64,000 nt of DNA from Planktothrix sp. GU0601_MAG3. GTDB lineage: Bacteria > Cyanobacteriota > Cyanobacteriia > Cyanobacteriales > Microcoleaceae. The stretch covers positions 2,740,578 to 2,804,577 of the forward strand of contig CP136572.1 in assembly GCA_035193785.1 (NCBI GenBank), given 5' to 3'. Positions 1-11,913 of the stretch are shown here, piece by piece. Positions within the stretch are counted from its first letter, which is position 1. The number at the start of each line of letters is the position of its first letter. A model generated the notes under the pieces. It did not search any database. It saw only the letters and a list, made by a program, of their open reading frames with translations, and had not been told where the DNA came from. The position numbers and the translations under genes are program-made.

Positions 1-222
1 ATGTTTTCCGCGTAGAATTTCCTGTCCCACTAACGTCACTAACATGGTATGCTCAACGTTGTGGTAAAGGGCATCACAATTGGCAATATTTTCCAGTGCC
101 ATTGTTCCAGCCCAGGCAATAATTTCAGGGTAGTTGGGTTTAAACCCGCCGTAAGTCCGACGATATCCAGCTTGTAATTGCTGAACAAAGACATCAATTA
201 GAATCGCTGTGGCATTAATCAT
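1..222 (-). CDS. HD-domain metal-dependent phosphohydrolase (cyanobacterial Npun_R2479-like), N-terminal part; runs off window
   Basis: Manual translation of minus strand from ATG at 222: MINATAILIDVFVQQLQAGYRRTYGG...DALYHNVEHTMLVTLVGQEILRGKH (YHNVEH motif). Not in ORF track because it is truncated by the window edge. Confidence 0.75.
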   Translation of the reverse strand, partial: MINATAILIDVFVQQLQAGYRRTYGGFKPNYPEIIAWAGTMALENIANCDALYHNVEHTMLVTLVGQEILRGKH

Positions 223-363
223 AACTTAGTGGTTAAATAGAGTGCTACAGACCAGATAATTAGCTATCTAGTCATGGGTTTCAAGACTTAAACTAATTAT
301 ATTCGATTAATCCTTTGTCCCTGTATAGGCAAAATTTCAGATCAACCTAGTTTTGAACCTATT

Positions 364-1228
364 ATGACATCTGCATTCGATCCGGATTTAATTTTTCTGT
401 TATACGACAATACCCTACCTGGTGACACCTTAACAAATGGTAACACAACGGTTCCCGGGGGCGGGGGTGATAGTACCGTTCCCGGCAATACGGGGGGAAA
501 CAGCAGTTTGAGTGGAAACCAAATTGCTCAAATCACTGATACCCTGGGTGCTAGTCTTGCTGGAAACTGGGGCGGCAGATATTATGCGAGGAAATATAGG
601 GTCGGATAGTTTGTATGGTCGGGGGGGAGGAGACACCATTTTTGGTGATGATGGCGAAGATTTGATTGATGGGGAAGTCGGAAATGATTATATAAATGGC
701 AATCAAGGTCGGGATTTTATTCTCGGTAGTGATGGAAATGATACCCTGTTTGGAGGCAGGGGAGCAGATACTTTAAATGGTGGCAATGGCGAGGATTTTT
801 TATTCGGAAATAATGACAATGATCTAATGATCGCAGGTGATGATGATGATAATAATAACACCCTGTATGGCGGAGCCGGAGATGATTGTCTGGTGGGAGG
901 AAATAAGGATGATTTTTTATCCGGCGATCGCGATCAAGATACTTTAATTGGGGGTGATGGAAAAGATACTTTCTTTATTTCGGTTAATTCAGGCAGTGTA
1001 AATCTTCGTTTTGCCGATGTAATTTTAGATTATGATCAAAATGATGATGTAATTTTGCTACCTAATGATTTGACCTTTAGTAAATTAAAATTTGAAACAG
1101 ATAGTTTGAATGGAGTTAACGGTTTATTCATTCGTACCGATGATGTTGATAATCCCACCTACTTAGGGTTTATTCCTGGTTTTACAGGCAATTTAACATC
1201 AGCAAATTTCAAATCTCTACCGCAATAA
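364..1228 (+). CDS. RTX/hemolysin-type Ca-binding repeat protein (one apparent +1 frameshift at 563-567)
   Basis: GGxGxDxL nonapeptide repeats. ORFs 364..609 and 512..1228 join if GAAAC is read as GAAC (LAGTGAAD). Confidence 0.8.
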
Positions 1229-1272
1229 ATCCTAGGATAAAACTACCTTTTAAGACAGGAAATTTAATAATA

Positions 1273-2166
1273 ATGTACGGGTTTCTCAACCTTAATAAAT
1301 CTGCGGGATTCACCTCCCATGACTGTGTGGCGCGAGTGCGTCGAATATTACGATTAAAACGAGTTGGACACGCGGGAACCCTCGATCCCGCCGCCACTGG
1401 AGTATTACCAATGGCTCTGGGAAAAGCCACTCGTTTATTACAATTTCTCCCTTCTAATAAGGCGTATCATGCTAGAATTAAATTCGGTGTCACCACCACC
1501 ACCGACGACTTAGAAGGAGAAACCTTAACCGTTAAATCTGTACCCGATTTACAACTTGAACAAATTCAAGCAATTCTCCCTAAATTCATCGGTAAAATTG
1601 AACAAATTCCTCCTATTTATAGTGCAATTCAGGTTCAAGGAAAACGCCTATATGATTTAGCTAGAAAGGGAGAAATTATTGAGGTTCCCAGTCGGACAGT
1701 AGAAGTTTTTGATCTGAAAATTATTAACTGGTATCCGGGGGAATTTCCTGAATTAGAAATGGCGATCGCCTGTGGTTCAGGAACCTATATTCGTTCTATT
1801 GCTAGGGATTTAGGATCTATACTAAATACCGGGGCTACCTTAGCTAATTTAATCAGAACCGAAAGTAGTGGTTTTGGTTTAGAAAATAGTCTAACCTTAG
1901 AAACCTTAGAAACCCAGGTTCAGGAGCAAACTTTTTCCCCCCTATCCCCCACAATTGCCTTAAATCATTTAACAACAATTATTCTCAGTTCTGAATCAAT
2001 AAAACGTTGGTTTCAAGGACAATCTATTGTTATAGAAAATCAAATAATAGCAGATCATCCCGTGGCTGTATATGATCAAAATAACCAACTCTTAGGAATA
2101 GGAAAATTAATCGAAACTCCCGATCAAATTCTCCTCGCTCCTCAAGTTGTTCTTACTGAAAACTAA
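1273..2166 (+). CDS. truB: tRNA pseudouridine(55) synthase
   Basis: GHAGTLDP catalytic motif, [15 protein letters not shown]. Confidence 0.97.
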   Translation: MYGFLNLNKSAGFTSHDCVARVRRILRLKRVGHAGTLDPAATGVLPMALGKATRLLQFLPSNKAYHARIKFGVTTTTDDLEGETLTVKSVPDLQLEQIQAILPKFIGKIEQIPPIYSAIQVQGKRLYDLARKGEIIEVPSRTVEVFDLKIINWYPGEFPELEMAIACGSGTYIRSIARDLGSILNTGATLANLIRTESSGFGLENSLTLETLETQVQEQTFSPLSPTIALNHLTTIILSSESIKRWFQGQSIVIENQIIADHPVAVYDQNNQLLGIGKLIETPDQILLAPQVVLTEN

Positions 2167-2179
2167 CCGATTTTTTAAT

Positions 2180-2407
2180 ATGATCAAAACCCTATTAATT
2201 ACCCTAATTAGAGGCTACAGACTTTTAATTTCTCCCCTATTTCCTCCCGCTTGTCGCTTCCATCCCACCTGTTCCCAATATGCCATTGAAGCCCTAGAAA
2301 CCTTTGGAATTTTTTCAGGCGGTTGGTTAGCCCTCAAGCGAATTTTACGCTGTCATCCCTATCATCCAGGGGGGTATGATCCCATTCCTCCTAAACCCGA
2401 AGAATAG
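2180..2407 (+). CDS. yidD: membrane protein insertion efficiency factor
   Basis: [11 protein letters not shown]...[15 protein letters not shown] signature; ATG at 2180. Confidence 0.95.
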   Translation: MIKTLLITLIRGYRLLISPLFPPACRFHPTCSQYAIEALETFGIFSGGWLALKRILRCHPYHPGGYDPIPPKPEE

Positions 2408-2474
2408 ACCGTTAATATAAATAAAAAAAAGGGTAGTTGTCTACCCCTAATTTTGAATTACTACAAATCAAGAC

Positions 2475-3384
2475 TTAGAATATTTCAAAGTCAGTGGCTT
2501 TCAGAGCAGGATTATTCACAAAGGTAGCTACTTCTTGTGCAGCACCACCAGTGACGAAGTATAACTTGCCGTTGTTGGAGTCATAAACCAATCCAGTAGT
2601 AGCAGGAGGAGTAGCAGGGTTGAAATTAGCAACCACTGTGAATTCACTGGTTTCTACACTGGGGCCTAGGGATGAGAACGTACTGGCAGCCAAGGCAACC
2701 TTGTCTATTCCTGATACGAAATCAACCACTACGTCAGCATCAGCAGTGCCAACTTCAGTAAAGGCAAATTTGTCACTTCCGGCATTACCGGATAGGTTAT
2801 CATTGCCTTTGTCTCCAGTAATGAAGTCATCACCGTCTCCACCAGCAATTACATCATCTCCTTGACCACCATAGATGGTATCGTTTCCGGCACCACCATA
2901 GAGGCTGTCATTATCCTGTTGACCCCAGATGATGTCATTTCCTTCACCACCATCAATTAGGTCATTGCCCTCACCTCCAGCAAGGACATTATCATTGCCA
3001 GCACCACCGGAAATCGTATCGCTTCCTAGGTCACCAAAGACGGTATCATCTCCCTCACCACCATAGATCAGGTCATTGCCAGCACCTCCAGCAATGAAGT
3101 CTTTGCCACCTAGGCCATAGATGGTGTCATTTCCTAGGTTTCCCGTAAAGTTCATCGCCATCGACGTTGCTACCATAGATCAGTTCATCACCATCGAAAC
3201 CATAAATAACAACAGGAGCCGCGGCTCCGGCTGCGAGGGTATCGTTAAGACCAGAACCCTGAATCCGCTTGGTGTCAGCCGTACCTGAAATGCTATTAGC
3301 CTTATCTGGGACACCATTTAGGGCAATTCCGCCCCCTGCTAGTGTTACTGCTGTTACGCCTTCGGATGTTACTATGTCAGACAT
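2475..3384 (-). CDS. RTX/hemolysin-type Ca-binding surface protein (apparent frameshift at 3138-3142)
   Basis: Many GGxGND repeats. ORFs 3127..3384 and 2475..3176 join as LYGNLGND after removing one base. Confidence 0.8.
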
Positions 3385-4043
3385 TTAAGTGCTCCTCACT
3401 TGAATTAAATAATGTTAGCGTTTTGATTTTTTGGGGATTCTACAATAGGAACTTAGTTACTGGTAGCTTTAGGGATGATTAAACTTCAAATTACCAGGGA
3501 TTCCAGTCGTTCAATGAACACCACGCTTAGTTTATCCTAAAGGGAACAAACAATCCAGTGCATTTTAACAGAAAAAAGGACGATGTTGGAAATTGAACAA
3601 AGTCCATCTCTTGTAGGTGGAAACAATGGTTTGACACCACCAACTAGAACCCATTGGAGTGAAGCCGAGCATCCGTCAGTAATGAGTAAAAAAATATCGT
3701 ATTAGCTTAACAGAAGTGTCAAGAAAATAGCAAGAGATTGAGAAATTTCTATCTTGGCTCTCAACAAGACAACCGGAACATGACCCTGCTCTCACATCCA
3801 TTCTCGGGTTCTGCAAAACTAGCTATCGCTTGATGTGAAATGATTGACCGCCCGACGGGAGCAAAGGAGTTGTGGATACAAGGGTTTTCTGACACCCCTG
3901 TTTAGAACTGTTTTCTTAGCACCAACCTAGAACCGGACGTAAGAACAATCTGGCTTCTCTGACTTACCTGGCAATTGAGAAGTTCCCAATAGAATCACCA
4001 TTTTATTTAGGAAAACTGAATTGATTGATCTGAATCGGCTAAA

Positions 4044-5142
4044 ATGCTTGAAGTTAAACGAATCCCAGCGATATCTATGTCACATCAACAGGAGCCGATG
4101 CAACGATTAACTCTGCTCTATCAATGGAATCGATACCCCAGCCCCAGGGGGTTAAGAGGATGGGTAACCATCATTTTAGGATTAGGGCTGATATCAGAAA
4201 TGGGAAGTCCAGTTTTGGCTGATATCCAGGGGATTCGGCCTAATCCCCCATTGATCTCCCAAAATTTGGCCCAAAATTCAATCATCCATATAGATCCCAA
4301 TACTGGACGTGATAGCGAAACTTCCACTGGCAGTCAAACTGGCCCCTATCGTTCGATTACCTACGCGCTGCAAAAGGTTTCCATCGGGCGCAGTAATTCA
4401 ACTTAACCCGGGTACCTACAGTCAGGATACGGGAGAAGCGTTTCCGATATCTCTTAAGGATGGGGTGACATTACAAGGAGATGAGGCTACCAATGGACAA
4501 AATACGGTGATTATTGGGGGGGGGAATTTTGTGAGTCCCACCTTTGCCCGACAAAATGCCACCATTAAAACCCAAGGAAATAGTCAAATTATCGGGGTCA
4601 CAGTTACCAATCCCAATACTAGAGGAACGGGTTTATGGATAGAATCTTCTAGTCCTGTAGTTAGTGGCTGTACGTTTATTGACAGTAAGCGGGATGGAAT
4701 TTTTATTACTTCTGAAAGTAATCCTAAAATCCAGAGTAATATATTTACTCAAAATGCGGGAAATGGGATTTCAATTGCCCGTTCGGGAGCCGGAGAAATT
4801 CGGAATAATGTTTTTCAAAATACCGGGTTTGGGATTTCAATTAATGATGATGCTTCTCCTACTATTACCGAAAATAAAATTATCGAAAATCGAGATGGAA
4901 TTGTGATTTCTCACCAAGCCAAACCCATTTTACGAAATAATTTAATTGAAAATAATGAACGAGATGGAGTGGTAGCGATCTCCCAAGCTCAACCGGATTT
5001 AGGCACAGTTGACAGTCCCGGTCAAAATATTATTCGGAGCAATGGTCGCCATGATGTGTATAACGCCACACGCGGTTACACCCTGATGGTGGTGGGAAAT
5101 GAAATCGATCAAGCCCGCATCTTTGGTGCAGTAGAATTCTGA
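4044..5142 (+). CDS. DUF1565/parallel beta-helix (pectin-lyase fold) secreted protein (apparent frameshift at 4377-4381)
   Basis: GPYRSITYAL, LNPGTYSQDTGEAFP, PTFARQN and right-handed beta-helix repeats. Start codon uncertain. Confidence 0.8.
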
Positions 5143-5203
5143 AGACAAAAAGCCAGCTTCCAACTTAGGGAAGCTGACCTTCATATTTTTATATGTAGAT
5201 TTG

Positions 5204-5300
5204 TTATGGTTAGGGTCTTTATCAAAGCTGACCCCATTTGAGCAACTCAATCGGATTTATGGTTAAGGTCTTTATAAAAGCTGACCTCAATTGATTAACT
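5204..5300. repeat. imperfect 53-bp tandem direct repeat with internal hairpins
   Basis: TTATGGTTAGGGTCTTTATCAAAGCTGACC at 5204 and TTATGGTTAAGGTCTTTATAAAAGCTGACC at 5257; partial copy AAGCTGACC at 5171. Confidence 0.7.
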
Positions 5301-5401
5301 ATATATAATCATGCCAGGGATCAAGGAAAAAAATTGATTTCTTAATATTTTTTTTATTTTTTTTGTTTGCGTCTTGTGTCGGTGGGTAAAGAAATATGTA
5401 G

Positions 5402-5701
5402 TTATGTTACTTCGGCCCCGATGGACGACGCTTGGCCTGTTTCCCAACGAAATAAGCCCACCATGAGGGCTACCACACCCACCTGTAGAGCTAGGTTTGG
5501 TAAGGCTGAGGTAACATTCCGTCCGGCCAACAGTTGGGCGAAAAATACCACCGCCCCAATCATACCCGAAGCCCCAAAACCAATATAAATAAATTGTCGT
5601 AAACCCCGATAAGGCGCCATAGCCTCCGCCTTCAGGCGGGTATATTGTTCGGGACTCAGTTGGGAATTTTGTTGAGAAGGATGAGATTTAGGAGTTTTCA
5701 T
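5402..5701 (-). CDS. DUF3493-family small membrane protein
   Basis: RLKAEAMAPYRGLRQFIYIGFGASG, LPNLALQ; two hydrophobic segments. Confidence 0.8.
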   Translation of the reverse strand: MKTPKSHPSQQNSQLSPEQYTRLKAEAMAPYRGLRQFIYIGFGASGMIGAVVFFAQLLAGRNVTSALPNLALQVGVVALMVGLFRWETGQASSIGAEVT

Positions 5702-5731
5702 ATTAGTTATCAGTTTATTACCTATTTTTAT

Positions 5732-6964
5732 TTATCTTAATATTAACAAAATTGTCTGAAATAACCCAATTACAACTCCTAAAATTCCCCCTAAATTAAC
5801 AATCGCCTGTAATTCACTTTTAACGATACCATTAATGGCAGCTTCCATATTTTCAGGAGAAGTTTCCTTGACTCGATTAATAATCACCTGTTCAATATTC
5901 AAAATCGGAATCACTTGAGCCATAATTTTTTCTATATCTCGTTCTAAATACCGTTCTAAAATTAAAGCTAATTCCTGACTGACTAATTCTAAAGATGTAT
6001 TCATCACAGGAGAACTTTGTAACCTTTTTAAAATCCAATTTGAAACATTATCCCAATCTATCGATTTACTTAACTCTTGAACTACATCAATACCCTGTTC
6101 TTGAACATAGGTTCTCACGGCATCTCCCATCGTTTTCCTTAACTGTTTTACGGTAGAAACAGGTAAATTTTGTAATGATATATTTTGTAACCACTCCTGT
6201 AGTCTTCCTCTTAATCCCAGGGATTTAATTAATGCGGCTAATCGTCGATTAGTTTCCTCCTTTTCATCTAAACAAAAAGTTCTTAAACGAGTTAAACTAT
6301 TGCGTAATCCCAATAAATTTGCTACCACCCAATAGGTTCCACTGCTTTGTTCCCGGAATCCTTCATCAATAATTGAAATATTTTTATCCGTGAGGAAATC
6401 AATTAAAGCCTGTCGCAATATTTCCGGGGTTAATACTACCTCTAAAAGCCATTTAGATAACTGTTGTGATTGTTGATCATTTAATTGAAATTCTAATAAA
6501 ATTTGGTCAAAAATTTGGTTAATTTGAGGAGCCAAAAATTCATCTTTTCTGGCTAAAATCTTTAAAATTCTAGGTAAAGACTCTCCAATAAAATCGCGTA
6601 AAATTCCCGCTAAAATCTTAGCGGTTTTTGGTTCTGTATCCGCTTTAATTTGATCTAAAGCCAGTCTGAGAAACCAACTAATTGCGGCTTGCATCCGTTC
6701 AGTTTCGAGCAAACGACGCGCTAATTTTTGTAATTCTTCGGGAGTCAATAAAGACCCCATGATGGTATCAGAAATTCGTTTAGCCAAACGCTCTTGATTT
6801 CTGGGGATCAAACCAGGCGTAAACGGAACCCTTCGGCCATAAATCTGTATAGATCTATAGGGACGAAATAACATTTTAATTGCTAAATCATTGGTAAAAT
6901 AGCCAATAATTCCACCCACTATCGGAGGTGTGATTAAAACCCACTGTTCATAAAAATTGACCAT
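5732..6964 (-). CDS. DUF445 family membrane protein
   Basis: [20 protein letters not shown]-terminus and [14 protein letters not shown]-terminus. Confidence 0.9.
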   Translation of the reverse strand: MVNFYEQWVLITPPIVGGIIGYFTNDLAIKMLFRPYRSIQIYGRRVPFTPGLIPRNQERLAKRISDTIMGSLLTPEELQKLARRLLETERMQAAISWFLRLALDQIKADTEPKTAKILAGILRDFIGESLPRILKILARKDEFLAPQINQIFDQILLEFQLNDQQSQQLSKWLLEVVLTPEILRQALIDFLTDKNISIIDEGFREQSSGTYWVVANLLGLRNSLTRLRTFCLDEKEETNRRLAALIKSLGLRGRLQEWLQNISLQNLPVSTVKQLRKTMGDAVRTYVQEQGIDVVQELSKSIDWDNVSNWILKRLQSSPVMNTSLELVSQELALILERYLERDIEKIMAQVIPILNIEQVIINRVKETSPENMEAAINGIVKSELQAIVNLGGILGVVIGLFQTILLILR

Positions 6965-7725
6965 TATTATCGTAGCAGCCCACTAGGAAACCATTTGATG
7001 CACTATTACCTATTGCGATGTTCCCTTTAGTTATTACTAATACCCCCATCATACCGCCGACAATTGGATAATGTGTGGCGGTTGAAAAGCCCGCCTGCTG
7101 GGCTAACCGAACTTGTTCTGTGCCGATTGGGAATTGATCTAAACTGGGGTTGATATAGGCATATTCTTCTCGAAACCCGAATTGTTCAGCCGTCCGAATC
7201 ACAAACTGCTGTAAATACCACTGTTGAAAAGTACGCAGGAGGGAAACTCGAAGGACGGTGAAAATCCAAAATCGCAGCCTTCGCCCCGGGTTTGAGTACC
7301 CGATGGAGTTCTTGGAGACTGCGGGGAATATCCACAACATTCCGTAAACCATAGCCCATGGTGGCACAGTCAAAGGTGTTGTCTGAAAACGGCAATTCTA
7401 ATACATCCGCTTCTCTCCAAGAGATCTCCGCCGTTGGAATGGTAAAAGGTCGGGGTCGGTGCTGGGCAATTTTTAGTTGACAACTGGAAAAATCGACCCC
7501 AAACACCTGTCCTGACTCTCCCACCTGTTGTGCTAATAACAGTGCTAAATCTCCACTCCCGCAACATAAATCCAAGGCGGTGTCCCCTGGTTTGGCCCCG
7601 CTCCAGCCCACGGCCATTTTTTTCCAAATCCGATGTTGTCCCCAACTTAACCCATCATTTAACTGATCGTAGACCGGGGCGATGCGATTGAAAATCCCTT
7701 GAATCGAGTTATTTTGCTTAACCAT
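6948..7725 (-). CDS. menG: demethylphylloquinol/demethylmenaquinone methyltransferase, UbiE/MenG family (apparent frameshift at 7243-7247)
   Basis: [21 protein letters not shown] motif, GYGLRNV, RVLKPG. C-terminus ([11 protein letters not shown]...GGMMG) is in the shifted frame. Confidence 0.88.
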
Positions 7726-7789
7726 TCCTCTAGTCACCTCTTACCTGTTAACTGTTGCAGTGTTCCCTTCTTCAAATTAAGTTTAGAGA

Positions 7790-8731
7790 TTAATGCCCCA
7801 GACTAATTAAGGCTAAAGCGATTTGTTGAGCGACTAAATGAACCGTTGTCAAATCATCGGGACTCATCTGACAAGGCTGTTTCCATTGTACCGATAATAG
7901 ACCAATGAGTTGCTCCCGATAGATAATGGGGATATTGATATGGGCTTGAATACCCGAACTTTGATAATGGGCTAGGGTGGCTAAGTCGGGATCACTGGTA
8001 ATATTAATTGATGCTTGTACCGTTCCGGTAGTTATGGTTTCCTGAACTAAGGGATCAATCTCTAACCAGTTTTCCACAACACCCGTGGAACTATAATGAC
8101 CTTCTATAGAATTTAAGCGATTGTCTTTAATTTCTTGCAAAATGCAAACATCCGCCCGGAATTGGGAGGCGATCGCAGCACATAGGGTAGTGAATAAACT
8201 TTCTGGGGTCGTCGCTACTTGGGCGGCTTCCATAATCGTCGCTAACAGTTGGGTTTGAGCCTGAGCGCGATTCAGTTCTGCGGTGCGTTGGTTCAGCAAT
8301 TCATAGGTTTGGGCTGCTCTTTCTACAACGACTTTGAGTTCATTGGGATCCCAGGGCTTGGTAATATATTTGTAGACCTGTCCCGAATTGATGGCATCCA
8401 CCAAGTCCTCAATATCTGTAAACCCGGTCAAAATAATTCGCACGGTATTCGGGAACTCCGGTACAGTTTTGCTGAGAAACTCTGTACCTTTCATTTCTGG
8501 CATTCGTTGGTCGGAGATAATCACCGCCACTTCTCCTTCGGCCGCCAAAATTTCTAAAGCCTGACCCCCGCTTTCCGCCTTAAATACATTAAAGTTACGT
8601 CGAAATGTACGATAGAGCAGATCTAAATTATCCGGCTCATCGTCAACAACCAACATCTTAGGCTTTTTGGGTCTCTGATGATTCATGAGTTGGCGCTTAA
8701 CATTTTCTAGTTGGGGAATTTCAACTTCCAT
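7790..8731 (-). CDS. response regulator, receiver + C-terminal GAF domain
   Basis: LVVDDEPDN...IISDQRMP...ILTG...YITKPW receiver followed by a GAF-like region. Confidence 0.9.
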   Translation of the reverse strand: MEVEIPQLENVKRQLMNHQRPKKPKMLVVDDEPDNLDLLYRTFRRNFNVFKAESGGQALEILAAEGEVAVIISDQRMPEMKGTEFLSKTVPEFPNTVRIILTGFTDIEDLVDAINSGQVYKYITKPWDPNELKVVVERAAQTYELLNQRTAELNRAQAQTQLLATIMEAAQVATTPESLFTTLCAAIASQFRADVCILQEIKDNRLNSIEGHYSSTGVVENWLEIDPLVQETITTGTVQASINITSDPDLATLAHYQSSGIQAHINIPIIYREQLIGLLSVQWKQPCQMSPDDLTTVHLVAQQIALALISLGH

Positions 8732-8818
8732 CTATACCGATACTTTTTGAAGAACGTTTAATCAATGTCAGGCACGGAGGCCCATTGCTTTCAGGGCGTC
8801 GCTGCTACCTACCTATTT

Positions 8819-11248
8819 GTTAGAGTCGATAGGAGCGTTACCACTCCTACCTCTCCTTCAGAAACCGTGCGTGAGACTTTTACCTCACACGGCTCCTTGA
8901 TAACTCCATCCTTGTTACGGATACGATTCAAAACGGGTTATTTTCATAATTCTCAACTGTTTTTAGTTAGAGAACCATCATTAGTCGTTTTTGTGTCGTG
9001 ACAATGTTTGTGTAGAAGTTGAAGGTTATCGTAGGTATCTTTGCCACCTAACGATTTAGGTTTAATATGATCAACTTCCATAATATCTGTACTTGAAAAA
9101 TACAGACCGCAGTGAGGACAAATACCCTTTTGACGTTTAATTAATTTAGAAACTCTTGAGGGAGTTCCGGGGTATTCTTCTCGTCGTTTACTCCAGTAAA
9201 TCCAGTCTCCATTGAACGGACTAGCTTCGCCCTTAACCTTTGTATGCCTGACGATTGGCGTGCTGTTATGGGTGGTTAATTCTATTCCGTCCTCTGTACT
9301 GAAACACCAATTCTTGTCATCTACTGTTCTCCAGTATTTGTTTTTATTGATGCTCCCTTTTCCCCTCGTTCTTGCCCAAGCTCTTAACTTCTCGTAGGTT
9401 AGATGGTCAACTTTTGAGAAAGTCTCTTTACTAACTGCTGTAGAATAATAGTTTGACCATCCTCTAATAATTGGATTCAGCCTACTAATTAAAGCAGCTT
9501 GTGGGGTGGTCTTGTGAGAATCTATTACTTCAGCTATTTTGACAAGATGAGTTTTAATTTTGGCTTTTGAGGGTGTGATTAATGTATTAAAACCCAGTGG
9601 GATTCCTTTTCCATTTCTTGCACATCGGTAGTTACCTACTTTGTGCTGTTGAATATGGAACCCTAGGAACTCAAACCCAACGTTCCCCTCGATTTCATTG
9701 AGGGTGTGAGTTAGTTTTGTTTTACTTGGTTTTAATTCCAATCCCATGTCACTTAACCAGTCAGCGATTATTTCTTGACACTTTTTGACTACGTTTAAAT
9801 CCTCATGGATTATTACGAAATCATCAGCGTAACGGATTAGACTAAGAGCTTGACGATTTTTCGCTTTTTTCCCTTTTAGAGTTTCAGCGTATTGCTTAAC
9901 TCTTTCTTCCATACCATGTAGGGCAATATTCGCAAGTAAGGGTGAAATAACCCCGCCTTGTGGTGTACCATCATTGGTAGGAAAAAGTTCTTTCCCGTCC
10001 ATATACCCTGCTTTGAGCCATGCTCTAATTTGGCGGCTCATTGTGGGGTATGTGTGTATTTTGGAGATTAACGCTTTATGGTCTATGCGGTCAAAGCATT
10101 TTGAGATATCAGCATCAAGTACATATTTGGACTTGTATCTAATATTGTTAAATATTGCTTCTCTTGCATCGTGGCATGAACGTCCCGGTCTAAAACCGTA
10201 ACTGTTTGGCTCAAATTTAGCCTCCCATTCTGGTTCTAACGCTAGTTTTACTAACGCTTGCAATGCACGGTCGTTGATTGTGGGTATTCCTAATGGACGG
10301 GTTTCAGTTGTACCAGGTTTGGGAATATTAATTCTACGAGTTGGTCTTACCTTATTGGTTAACTTTAATCGTCCCACAAGATTCATACGTTGTTTTGGGG
10401 TCAGAGATTTAACTCCATCTACACCCGCCGTATTTCGTCCTTGGTTATCTTGTGTTACCCTGCGAACCGCAATACATTTTGCTGACCAGGAATTAATCAG
10501 GGTCTTTTGAAGTTTACGAACTGCTTTAACATCGCCTCGTTCACTCGCTCGAAATATGCGCTTTTGCAACTTGAAAGTTACCTTTTCCAGCTTGCGCCAA
10601 TTAAGGTCTTTCCATTCCACCGTCTGATTTTTGTTCAGCGTTTTAGACATTATTGCTACTTGTTCTATTTCTTTGGAATTACCGAGTATCTGTCAGCATA
10701 TCCTTGTTATTACAACAAGGCATTCGCTTTTGATACCATCCCTTCCCTAGATATCATTCGTTAGCTACTTACTGGATTTCGACCTCTCCAGAGATATAGG
10801 GGGATTACTTCGTTCCGATTACACATTTGTTTGAAGTCTTTAGCGTGATGCTATTCACCGGGTTTATTGGGCGGTGCTTATAAGTCGGCTAAAAAACCGC
10901 TTATGCCCTATCCTTGCCTTTTGGCTTGGTGTTGATCAATGTCTTGATTCAGCCATTACACCATTAAACATCACGATGATTCGGACACATCTTTGCTTAT
11001 GCTACGCATGGACTTCTTGCTCGATAGTTACTAAATTCGGCTTCTAGTAGTTCTACCTTTTAACCCCGCTTTAGCCTGATGGATGCTACCCATTCAAACT
11101 AGGGGTTATGCTTTCACCTCAGCACTTGAGGGATGGGACTTAATTCACAGAATTTCACCCATAAATGTAATCAGTTATCACCAGTCTTATTAACTGGGTT
11201 AACCGTCCCGTAAACCTTTTGGCTTACTTTGGGTTAAACGAATCGCAC
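8819..11248 (-). mobile_element. group II intron (cyanobacterial/chloroplast-like, IIB-type), complete
   Basis: Minus strand starts GTGCGATTCGTTT at 11248. Domain V GAGCCGTGTGAGGTAAAAGTCTCACGCACGGTTT and domain VI end ...GACTCTAAC at 8819. RT ORF lies inside. Subclass is inferred. Confidence 0.92.
8953..10650 (-). CDS. ltrA: group II intron reverse transcriptase/maturase with C-terminal HNH endonuclease
   Basis: RVT_N region, TAGVDG, RPLGIP, GFRPGRS, GTPQGG, YADD, maturase X domain, CPHC...VDHIKP...NLQLLHKHCH. ORF intact. Confidence 0.95.
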   Translation of the reverse strand: MSKTLNKNQTVEWKDLNWRKLEKVTFKLQKRIFRASERGDVKAVRKLQKTLINSWSAKCIAVRRVTQDNQGRNTAGVDGVKSLTPKQRMNLVGRLKLTNKVRPTRRINIPKPGTTETRPLGIPTINDRALQALVKLALEPEWEAKFEPNSYGFRPGRSCHDAREAIFNNIRYKSKYVLDADISKCFDRIDHKALISKIHTYPTMSRQIRAWLKAGYMDGKELFPTNDGTPQGGVISPLLANIALHGMEERVKQYAETLKGKKAKNRQALSLIRYADDFVIIHEDLNVVKKCQEIIADWLSDMGLELKPSKTKLTHTLNEIEGNVGFEFLGFHIQQHKVGNYRCARNGKGIPLGFNTLITPSKAKIKTHLVKIAEVIDSHKTTPQAALISRLNPIIRGWSNYYSTAVSKETFSKVDHLTYEKLRAWARTRGKGSINKNKYWRTVDDKNWCFSTEDGIELTTHNSTPIVRHTKVKGEASPFNGDWIYWSKRREEYPGTPSRVSKLIKRQKGICPHCGLYFSSTDIMEVDHIKPKSLGGKDTYDNLQLLHKHCHDTKTTNDGSLTKNS

Positions 11249-11372
11249 TTCAAGTGTGTTCGGGTGCAGACCGATAAATTTGCCCCTTTTTCTAAGTGGG
11301 ATATTAGTCGGTTAATCAATTATTGACCAGAATGCCCCTGCTAAGAGTTTATAGCAGGGGAGGACATTCCGG

Positions 11373-11901
11373 TTATAAAGAACCGAACCAAATTAACCCG
11401 CCACTGATTAACAGTACGATGATTAAAGCGATCTGCAAAAATTGATTGTCTTGAGTCTCGACCCCATCAAAATTATTGATAACCGACGGAAACCGGGGAC
11501 TTAGGAACAGACCGAACGGTCGCAACGGAATTGTTTTGAGATCGGGAATTTCCTTGGACATCCAGGTGGTTCAAATCGGGAATTTTTACAAATCCCTCTG
11601 GGTCAATATGGAGTTTAGGAGCTTCTAGGACTTCGAGTAAACGACGAGCCTGTTGACGGGTTTCGATATTCGGATGACGAGTCAACTGTTTGCATAGACC
11701 GAGGGCATCAGGCCTAAGACCGGAAGCTTCAAATGCTGTGACTAACCACATTTGGATCTCTCCACCCAGACGAGAATTGAGTTCCACAGCTTGACGAGCC
11801 TGTTCTAAATATTGAACCGACTCTCGATAACGCCCCTGTTCAAAGGCAAACTGACCCGCTTGATATGCAATTTTAACGCTGTCTAAGGGTTCTTGGGCCA
11901 C
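11373..11901 (-). CDS. TPR-like conserved cyanobacterial protein with C-terminal membrane anchor (apparent frameshift at 11489-11493)
   Basis: AFEQGRYRESV, GGEIQMWLV, LEAPKL. Hydrophobic tail is in the shifted frame (ORF 11373..11561). Confidence 0.7.
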
Positions 11902-11913
11902 GGTTCTCCCTAT

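Noticed and set aside
7755..7780. IsaR1-like sRNA start (CAGTGTTCCCTTCTTCAA)
   Set aside because: Only a short resemblance, with no following terminator hairpin; TGTTCCC is a common repeat word here.
8953..10650. RT as a retron, DGR or defence-associated RT
   Set aside because: It has maturase and HNH domains and lies within GUGCG...domain V/VI...AAC intron boundaries.
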